A DNA stretch of 32,000 nucleotides from Candidatus Heimdallarchaeota archaeon B3_Heim (GTDB lineage Archaea > Asgardarchaeota > Heimdallarchaeia > Hodarchaeales > Hodarchaeaceae): the NCBI GenBank assembly GCA_003144275.1, contig NJBF01000009.1, positions 7,653-39,652 on the forward strand, in the 5' to 3' direction. A program made the position numbers and the translations under genes. A model generated the notes under the pieces. That model had not been told where the DNA came from, ran no database searches, and saw nothing but the letters and a program-made list of their open reading frames with translations. Of the stretch, positions 25,122-32,000 are shown piece by piece; the stretch's first letter is position 1, and the number at the start of each line of letters is the position of its first letter.

Positions 25122-25940
25122 TCAATCTTCGTCTTCGTCACGAAGAATTTTTAACGCCTCCCGAAGAGAGAGTGAAAGCATATCGTCTTCCTCATTGGTT
25201 TTTTCTCCGATCTCATCTTTTGTTAGAAGCATGTCACTTAGCGAGGGAGAAGGATCAGCAGGGGGTGATGTTTCGAGTCCACTGGCTTGTAGTGCTTCAT
25301 CCAAAGCTGATAGTTTATCAGAAGGTTCGACTGCTGGGATCGCAGTGGGTGTTGGCGTTGGTTGTATGGGTTTGGGTGCAGGCACTGGTTCTGAAAATAC
25401 TGGTTGAGGTTGTGTTATTTCTGGAATGATCGGCTCAGGTATAGATGGGCTAACTGGCTCTGGTGTTGGAGTGGGGATAACTGCCGAAGTGTGTTCAGGA
25501 GTACTAAGCATATCTTCCAATGGATTGACTGGTTCTGCAACTGGCTGAGCTGCTTGAACGGGCGCATCACCTACAAAATCTTCTAAGGGGTTAACGGCCA
25601 CTTGTATCCCGACTTTCGCAGCAAGATTAGATTTAGTACCTGATAGGAATACCAGATATTTTGGGATATTATTCAATTCTGACCATTTCTTTACTGATAA
25701 TTTAGCCATATCTCGAACCCCTTCCCAATATTTAGGAGGTTTTCCTTCCTGATCAACAGGTATTGATATTCCTAATCTTTGACCGAGAGAAGAACTGATT
25801 TTAGATTCGGCTTTGGTTTGAATTTGAGCTAGAAAATCATTCATATTATGTATTTTCTGCGTAGAATGAAGGTGACTTGCAATTTGAAGAACTAAATCTA
25901 AGGATTCTATAGCGGCTTCAATATATACTTTATCGATCAT
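25122..25940 (-). CDS. Hypothetical protein: helical N-domain, Pro-rich disordered region, C-terminal amphipathic helix with acidic tail
   Basis: Long ORF in an operon-like arrangement with 24351-25109; contains VNPLED twice and ends LSLSLREALKILRDEDED. Confidence 0.75.
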   Translation of the reverse strand: MIDKVYIEAAIESLDLVLQIASHLHSTQKIHNMNDFLAQIQTKAESKISSSLGQRLGISIPVDQEGKPPKYWEGVRDMAKLSVKKWSELNNIPKYLVFLSGTKSNLAAKVGIQVAVNPLEDFVGDAPVQAAQPVAEPVNPLEDMLSTPEHTSAVIPTPTPEPVSPSIPEPIIPEITQPQPVFSEPVPAPKPIQPTPTPTAIPAVEPSDKLSALDEALQASGLETSPPADPSPSLSDMLLTKDEIGEKTNEEDDMLSLSLREALKILRDEDED

Positions 25941-26155
25941 TTTTATTCATTTTCCTTGTGTCATTTGCACATTCGACAATACATTTACTGATCCATACAT
26001 TATTGTTTCTAATCATTTAGTACATGAAATTCCTATTTAAAAAAGTAATTTTTTCCCGAAGTATTATGTAAAACCATAAATTTCATTTTATTCTGCAAAA
26101 ACATACGATAAATTTATTTTTTTAATATTTGCAACCATGTACTTTGAAAGAAGTT

Positions 26156-26863
26156 CTAATGATCATCCACATATTCCTTAACTTCTGTAAAATCTCGTGC
26201 ATCAATCCGATCAGGTAGATCATTACCCCAAGAACATCGAAGATCGATTTGAATATCCGTTTGCACTCCATATATCGGGATAGTTCCAAGATTCCTCATT
26301 CGGGAGATTAAAGCAATAGTAACAACATCGCCTACCTCAACATTATATTCTTCTGCAACTTCCATCGTATAATCAAATGCCGCTTCAAGGTTTTCGCCTG
26401 TTGATATAATATCTTCAACAAATAGAATTGAAACATTTTCATCCGTATAATCAGCAAACTTTTCTTCAAAGGCGGGATCATGGTAGTCTTCAAAGATAAT
26501 TTCATCTTCAAAATCGCGAGCCTCTGTTTTGGGTTTGAAATATGTCCAGACAAAATCATCTATCTTATTTTCGATTAAATCGATTAACTGGAACCCTCCT
26601 CGAGCAACGTAGATTACTATCCATCTCTTTTTTTCAAATTTTGGATAAAGCAGTTTCCAATCTTGTTCAGCCCAATTTGCTAAATCATTAAACGGTAAGA
26701 TTTGGGCTCCTTCATCAGGGGGGTAAGGGCCTGAGTCGTAAATATATAATATTAGAGCTTTTTCCAACCCCTCCAATATCTCTTTGTAAGCCTTTTTTGC
26801 TGAAGGGTCCTTCTTAAGAATATCTGGGATTTCAACTTCCTTTTTGCTGAGGAAAAAAACCAA
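26156..26863 (-). CDS. Type I phosphoribosyltransferase-family protein, highly acidic
   Basis: VARGG and the PRPP-binding loop ILFVEDIISTGENL. TTG start 7 nt after GGAGG. Confidence 0.8.
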   Translation of the reverse strand: MVFFLSKKEVEIPDILKKDPSAKKAYKEILEGLEKALILYIYDSGPYPPDEGAQILPFNDLANWAEQDWKLLYPKFEKKRWIVIYVARGGFQLIDLIENKIDDFVWTYFKPKTEARDFEDEIIFEDYHDPAFEEKFADYTDENVSILFVEDIISTGENLEAAFDYTMEVAEEYNVEVGDVVTIALISRMRNLGTIPIYGVQTDIQIDLRCSWGNDLPDRIDARDFTEVKEYVDDH

Positions 26864-27157
26864 GCATAAGCCTCCGAATTTTTTCTCTATCTCTTTAATG
26901 TATATTTTGATTGAGGAATCGTGATTAATTCATATTAGAAATTCAATAGAAACGTTTTTTCAATCAAGTAACGAAAAAATGGTTCGATTCTTTTAAATCT
27001 GTGCAAATCATAGAAGTTCATTTTTAACTTCCCTCAATGAATTCGTAAAAAGAGAGGAATTACTAATTTAAATTAGCGGTTCAATGGGTTACATATTTAA
27101 AATTCGTTCTATTTAGAAGAGAGAGAGTTGACACTATTTTAAAATGTAATTTGAATA

Positions 27158-28568
27158 CATGATCAAATTTGTCGGACAAGTAAAAAAATTGAGGTTGAAA
27201 AAAGGCAAGTCATTTTCGTTTTCGGGGACCTCTCTCTGGTACAAGGTTAAATACAAGAAAAACAGTCCAATAAATGGGAATGCGAGCCAAAAAACAGACA
27301 CACCCACAACTGACAATAAGAATCCAAATGAAATCAAAGCCCATTTTTGTGGATTTGTGTACACGAGCCAAAAACTTGTATAATAGAGCTACCTACCAGG
27401 TGCGACAAGAATTTTTTGCCACAGGAAACTGGTTGCAGTATACAACTCTTTATCATCAACTAAAGCATGAACCAGTCTATTTGGCACTAAAAGAAATCTC
27501 TGATAGCTATCTCCCTCAACAAGTCCTCCGCCAGGTGGAACAAACCTGGAGAAGTTATTTTAATGCAATGAAAGTCTGGAAAAAAGAACCCAGTAAGTTT
27601 CTTGGTCAGCCTCGTCTTCCAGGCTATAAAGCAAAAAATGGCCTTCATGTGCTTAGCTTTCCACGACCCCGTGTCCGAATCCGAGGAACAGAGGTATTAT
27701 TTGCACGGAATTTAATGGCTCGTGGATTTCCCTCGTTTCCAGTGGGAAATCTCCCTGTTTCTAGAAAAACCTGTACGGGTGCTAGATTAGTGCCGTTTTA
27801 TGATCGATTTGTGGTTGAAATTCTGTATGAAACCGAAGTAAAGTCGTTATCCTCATTTAAAGAATCACCTAGAGCTATTGGTATAGATCTTGGGATTACT
27901 AACCTCGTAGCTACGTCAGACGGCTTACTCGTCAAAGGCGGGGTGGTAAAAACCGTCAATCAATGGTACAACAAGCAATTAGCCTATTTTAAATCACTCG
28001 CAAAAAAACACAATCAACAACATAATACACGTCGAATGCAACGGATGCATCGTGTCCGCGCAAATAAGATCAGTGATTATTTCCATCAAACCTCTCGAAC
28101 AATTATTAATCACTGTTTACAGAAAAATATTCACACCCTTGTTGTTGGCTATAATTCCTTTTGGAAACAGCATTGTAATTTGGGAAAACGAACAAACCAA
28201 TCATTCGTCCAAATACCCTTTTTTAAATTACTTCATATGCTTGAATATAAAGCTAAATTAGTGGGTATATCCGTTATTCGTGTCTCAGAAGCATATACTT
28301 CTCAACAGTGTAGTGATTGTGGTATAATTGATAAATGTAACCGAAGATCGCGAGGATTGTACCATTGTCGTTCCTGTGGCCTTCGTCTTAACGCCGATCA
28401 CAATGCCGCCATTAATATTCTTCAGCGTTCATCTCTTGATAAACAAGTAGTCCCTTCGGTCAGTTCAAGCTCTATTTGTTCTGATCAGCCGGATAGGGGA
28501 TGTGTGACTCATCCTGTCGTGACTCAAAAAGTTTAGTATTCTTTTTTTGTCCGACAAATCTAGTCATG
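27158..28568 (+). mobile_element. 1411-bp solo-TnpB insertion element (IS200/IS605 superfamily, IS1341-like organisation; no tnpA)
   Basis: A single tnpB ORF bounded by 23-bp imperfect inverted ends: 27157-27179 versus the reverse complement of 28547-28569, 20/23 identical. Boundaries are supported by where homology to copies A and B stops. Confidence 0.85.
27274..28536 (+). CDS. tnpB: TnpB RNA-guided endonuclease with rearranged RuvC-II site
   Basis: N-terminal OrfB HTH (KNLYN...), RuvC-I AIGIDLG, VVGYN..WKQ in place of the canonical E, alternative E in RVSEAYTS, CSDC/CRSC zinc finger and RuvC-III NADHNAAINI. Confidence 0.96.
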   Translation: MGMRAKKQTHPQLTIRIQMKSKPIFVDLCTRAKNLYNRATYQVRQEFFATGNWLQYTTLYHQLKHEPVYLALKEISDSYLPQQVLRQVEQTWRSYFNAMKVWKKEPSKFLGQPRLPGYKAKNGLHVLSFPRPRVRIRGTEVLFARNLMARGFPSFPVGNLPVSRKTCTGARLVPFYDRFVVEILYETEVKSLSSFKESPRAIGIDLGITNLVATSDGLLVKGGVVKTVNQWYNKQLAYFKSLAKKHNQQHNTRRMQRMHRVRANKISDYFHQTSRTIINHCLQKNIHTLVVGYNSFWKQHCNLGKRTNQSFVQIPFFKLLHMLEYKAKLVGISVIRVSEAYTSQQCSDCGIIDKCNRRSRGLYHCRSCGLRLNADHNAAINILQRSSLDKQVVPSVSSSSICSDQPDRGCVTHPVVTQKV

Positions 28569-28840
28569 TTCTAAACTACTGATATAAAATTTGTTGTGTG
28601 TAGTTATTTGAATCAGAAGAAAGTTGTATCGTTATTTACACTATATGAATAGTAAGAAAAAGTGATTTAACAAAAAATACGTGAACTTATTTAGAAAGAG
28701 ACACTTACAAAATTCAGAAGCATTAATAATATGGATTTTACCCCTTTTAGCTAGAAACTTATCGGTTTTCATTTCAATTAAATCAATTCTATAAGAAGAA
28801 TATTTAAGCCTTCACAGATCTAGAGAGGAGAAATACTAAT

Positions 28841-30193
28841 ATGTCGTTTGTTAACGAGCTTTTTGAACGTTTAAGTAAATCTAATACTGCTAACGATGTC
28901 CAAACTGCACTAGCATCTCTAAATGAAATACAGGATCTAATCGAACGGACTAAAGCTGCTCGAGAAACAGTCCAACTTATTCAATCGTATGGACAGGAAT
29001 TGGTTGGAAAGGGACAATTCAAAAATGCTGCCAACCAGTTTTATTCAGGCTCTCAAGTTGTTAAAAACTTTTTAAATGACCCAAATCTTGAAAATCAGTG
29101 TTTAATTTTGTCCGCACAGGCATTAGCGAATGCTTCTCAAGAGCATATTACATGGGATGATTTGATAGGGGGTGCAGCGTGTATGACAATATCTTCATTA
29201 TTAAGAATTATAACCGGAGATTGGAATGTTAATAGTCACCTTGACGATTTTATTAAAGCTAATGACTTTTCAAATAATCAAGCGGCAACCGCTTGCCTTT
29301 ACATTCCCTATAATCTGGTTACAGCGGTCAATAGGTCAAATCCTAACCCAGAATTGCTTCAACAGGCTTCAGACTTCACAGAACAATATTTGATGACTGC
29401 AAAACCCGCATCAATGTTTGTAGATGGAATAAAGAGAGCTCTTGACTTAACACGTCAAGTTTTAATGGATACAACGAAATTTCCCTCAATCAAAGCGAAA
29501 TTCAATTATAAAACTGATGTTATTTTCGGGGAGAAATTTACTTTCTCTGTTCAACTCGAAAATATTGGTGAAGGTATTGCCAATAATGTGATAGCTACAA
29601 TCAAAATTCCTTCCAACCTTACTATAGTGTCGGGCCAAAATCAGATTTCTAGTGACCAATTACAGCCTGGTACCCTTTCTGAAGGACAATTTACGCTTAT
29701 ATGTCCATCAGGGGAAGGAAATGAGGAGATCTCTATTGAAATACCTGTTTTCGCTGAATTTACTGATATTCTCGGTAATAAGAATTCTCTCTCCCTTGGA
29801 ATGGCAATATTTCCTATCAGATCCGAGAAAAAAGGTGATAAATTAACGAGTCAGCTAACTATCTTGAAAAAGAATCTTCGAGAGGCAGTTACCCCCTTTG
29901 AATCCACTGAGAATTTCGAGGTGAGACCAATAGTTCAGGGCATGATCTCTATCATTGATAATCTTGCCACATCTACAGAGAGTAGAATTTCGAAAGGCGA
30001 TTTTAAAACAGCAGAAGCGGAGTTAGAGCAACTAAACCAAATTCAAACATTTTTTGGGCCACTCACGAGATTTCTCTCCTCATATCAAGATCGTGGTTTG
30101 GAAATTGTCAAAAGTCTAAAAGAAATTCATGAGCAAAGTCAAGAGTTAGTAAAATCGATTGAACAAATAGAGAACCGACTCCAATCAAGTTAG
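28841..30193 (+). CDS. Hypothetical cytosolic protein: alpha-helical (TPR/SNAP-like) N-domain, Ig/CARDB-like beta-sandwich and C-terminal helical bundle
   Basis: No signal peptide. Helical repeats (GQFKNAANQFY...), then FTFSVQLENIGEGIANNV...IPSNLTIVSG, a typical CARDB/DUF11-like strand pattern. Confidence 0.7.
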   Translation: MSFVNELFERLSKSNTANDVQTALASLNEIQDLIERTKAARETVQLIQSYGQELVGKGQFKNAANQFYSGSQVVKNFLNDPNLENQCLILSAQALANASQEHITWDDLIGGAACMTISSLLRIITGDWNVNSHLDDFIKANDFSNNQAATACLYIPYNLVTAVNRSNPNPELLQQASDFTEQYLMTAKPASMFVDGIKRALDLTRQVLMDTTKFPSIKAKFNYKTDVIFGEKFTFSVQLENIGEGIANNVIATIKIPSNLTIVSGQNQISSDQLQPGTLSEGQFTLICPSGEGNEEISIEIPVFAEFTDILGNKNSLSLGMAIFPIRSEKKGDKLTSQLTILKKNLREAVTPFESTENFEVRPIVQGMISIIDNLATSTESRISKGDFKTAEAELEQLNQIQTFFGPLTRFLSSYQDRGLEIVKSLKEIHEQSQELVKSIEQIENRLQSS

Positions 30194-30197
30194 CAGC

Positions 30198-31463
30198 TCA
30201 AATTAAAAATCCTCTAAAGAAGCTGAGGCATACTTGCGGTGTCAATTTTAACCCCTTGGTAATTACTTTCGGTTGCAAGGCATAACGTAATAATCCAGAG
30301 CCATGTAAATCGATATCAGTAGATTTCATACTATTATCAATTTGTGTTGTCTTGGCGATTCTAATCAAGTCATTCCAAACATTATCTGGTAAATATGAAA
30401 TTGCTCTACGCAGATATTTCATAATACTGAGTTCAGGTTCAAAACACGATTTCCACTGTTTTTGATACTCTCTGCATCCCTGAAGAGGTGTAAAATCCTT
30501 CGATATTATTTTACTAGCATATTTTCCAGCTAACCGGCCGCAATAACCTCCAATATTTACTCCTCCGCCTGTAGTTGCCTTTGATTGTCCTGCAGCATCT
30601 CCAACAAGCATGAATTGCTCTAAGAAGGTTTTTTTAACGGGTCCAGATGCAGGTACAAACCCCCCATATGAATTAACTGGCTTTGCTTTCTTAGTACGCA
30701 TTTTGATAACCGAATGCTTATGCAAGAACTTTTCCAAATATAACCGAGTTTTACCAGAGTGTACTGGACTAACTGCAATTCCAATACGTGCAGACTCTTC
30801 ATTAAGGGGGATAAACCAACCGAAAAATCCTGGTGCAACATTATTTCCAAAAAATAATTCTGAACAATCGGGCTCAAAATCAACTAATCCCTTCATTTCG
30901 TACTGAATCGCAGGGAAAAGCCAATTCTGATTCGGTCTATACAAACCGACTGAATGTGCTAGTCTTGCTTTTGATCCCTCTGCAGATATTAGGATATCAC
31001 AGAAAATTTTCTTTGTGTTTTTCCCCTGCCTTATTAAGAGCTTCCATTTATTTCGATCGAAGTTAATCTCTTTTACATGATGGTTTGTATATATGCTAGC
31101 TCCTGCTCTTTCAGAACTCATTGCTAAATACTGATCAAGAGACTTCCGATTGAGAACAACCAGAGAATCATTTTTTCTGTCAATTTGAAAAGAATTTCCA
31201 TTTGGGGCTACGAATCGTGCTCGTTTAATTTCATTAACCATGATCTTCTTTTGAATAATATTACGATTTACCCCTAAATTGAGTAACCCTTCTAAAGCGA
31301 TTAATCCAGAACAGTGAGTTGGACTTCCAACCTGTTTATGTTCTTCAAAAATAGCTATTGATAAGTCTGAATTATTTACTGAGGCCTGTCGACCAGCTAA
31401 AGATCCTGAGGGTCCTGCACCTATGATTGCTATATCAATTTTTTTCTGTTCCCTCAATACCAT
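30198..31463 (-). CDS. Geranylgeranyl reductase family FAD oxidoreductase (digeranylgeranylglycerophospholipid reductase-like)
   Basis: IIGAGPSG, P..CSG, APGFFGWFIP and VGDAAGQ.K.TTGGG. Confidence 0.9.
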   Translation of the reverse strand: MVLREQKKIDIAIIGAGPSGSLAGRQASVNNSDLSIAIFEEHKQVGSPTHCSGLIALEGLLNLGVNRNIIQKKIMVNEIKRARFVAPNGNSFQIDRKNDSLVVLNRKSLDQYLAMSSERAGASIYTNHHVKEINFDRNKWKLLIRQGKNTKKIFCDILISAEGSKARLAHSVGLYRPNQNWLFPAIQYEMKGLVDFEPDCSELFFGNNVAPGFFGWFIPLNEESARIGIAVSPVHSGKTRLYLEKFLHKHSVIKMRTKKAKPVNSYGGFVPASGPVKKTFLEQFMLVGDAAGQSKATTGGGVNIGGYCGRLAGKYASKIISKDFTPLQGCREYQKQWKSCFEPELSIMKYLRRAISYLPDNVWNDLIRIAKTTQIDNSMKSTDIDLHGSGLLRYALQPKVITKGLKLTPQVCLSFFRGFLI

Positions 31464-31481
31464 CCAAGAACAACCATATTT

Positions 31482-31535
31482 AGAAAATAAAAAGAAAAAA
31501 GGAAGAAGTGAACCGTAAAGGGTTGAGCTACGGTT
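31482..31535 (-). terminator. Hairpin plus oligo-T tract after the last ORF
   Basis: AACCGTA (31511-31517) and TACGGTT (31529-31535) form an inverted repeat, followed on the minus strand by cttcttccttttttctttttattttct. Confidence 0.45.
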
Positions 31536-31538
31536 TCT

Positions 31539-32000
31539 TTAGAAGAGCCTCTTAACCTTTCTTTCAATTAGGAAAACTGTCTGAACTGATATTTCTGATG
31601 TAAAACGATCAGATTCTTCTGGTAAATCGCCAATTGAGGAAAAAGGACTCATAATCATGGATCCTGCGCCACCAGTTTGAGTGGTGTACGTAAAGTCCAA
31701 TATTCTGCTATTATAGGTCGAATCGCCATAATAGAAGATACCTCTCGTTCTATCTTGGTTCCATTGTGAAGTATATTCTCGTTCAGTGTAATACCAGACA
31801 GTCCATTGACCAGCCACAAGCTCCTCAGCACCTAATTGTTCTGTTACAAACTCTACAGGCCCATAAGTAGTTGCCCCTATTTGCATATATACACGGATGA
31901 CCACTGAATCTGTAGAATCAAGGGGATAATTTAACGCTAAGGTCCAATATCCAGGTTGAAGGCCACTGCCATCAGAAGTTCTATAAACCTCTGCAGCGTG
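31539..32000 (-). CDS. C-terminal beta-rich domain of a hypothetical (possibly surface) protein, 5'-truncated by the window edge
   Basis: The frame of ORF 31539..31904 is open to base 32000 (HAAEVYRTSDGSGLQPGYWTLALNYPLDSTDS-VVIRVY...). It is T/Y/W/G/S-rich. Confidence 0.7.
   Translation of the reverse strand, partial: HAAEVYRTSDGSGLQPGYWTLALNYPLDSTDSVVIRVYMQIGATTYGPVEFVTEQLGAEELVAGQWTVWYYTEREYTSQWNQDRTRGIFYYGDSTYNSRILDFTYTTQTGGAGSMIMSPFSSIGDLPEESDRFTSEISVQTVFLIERKVKRLF

Noticed and set aside
24967-25429. Ser/Gly-rich plus-strand ORFs (24967-25407, 25172-25429)
   Set aside because: They are antisense shadows of the Pro/Glu-rich minus-strand genes.
26852-26867. Possible frameshift at an A7 run linking the out-of-frame ATG (26867) to the PRTase ORF
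   Set aside because: An in-frame TTG with a well-spaced GGAGG explains the start. A homopolymer error cannot be excluded, but nothing supports programmed frameshifting.
27134-27383. Short ORFs 27134-27364 (-) and 27159-27383 (+) considered as a tnpA
   Set aside because: They have no HUH/Y1, serine-recombinase or DDE motifs and simply span the left end of the element.
11230-28568. Repeated 22-36 nt motifs considered as a CRISPR array
   Set aside because: The copies are kilobases apart, with no regular repeat-spacer periodicity and no cas genes.

Overview
This low-GC archaeal window is very probably from an Asgard archaeon, possibly Heimdallarchaeia (inferred from gene content, not from a marker gene). 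Housekeeping genes include a four-subunit 2-oxoacid:ferredoxin oxidoreductase operon, tRNA-Ala(GGC), elp3, a GPT/AglH-type GlcNAc-1-P transferase, a sugar nucleotidyltransferase, a MazG-like protein, nadC, dph6, a short TsaC/Sua5, trm56 and a geranylgeranyl reductase. Interleaved with them is a dense block of eukaryotic-signature-like genes: two Rab-like GTPases, an MglA-like GTPase, gelsolin-type domains, a longin/DENN-like protein and a protein that aligns motif by motif with eukaryotic Get4/TRC35 (18749-19564). The second main signal is a mobile-element family. A solo TnpB with the rearranged, Fanzor-type RuvC-II site (27158-28568) has inverted-repeat-like ends. Two non-coding miniature relatives (11230-11588 and about 21456-21675) keep the same right end plus a RuvC-I-derived segment converted into a perfect hairpin, at near-identical spacing, and are candidate stand-alone omega-RNA/MITE loci. 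All family assignments come from motif reading; no searches were run.
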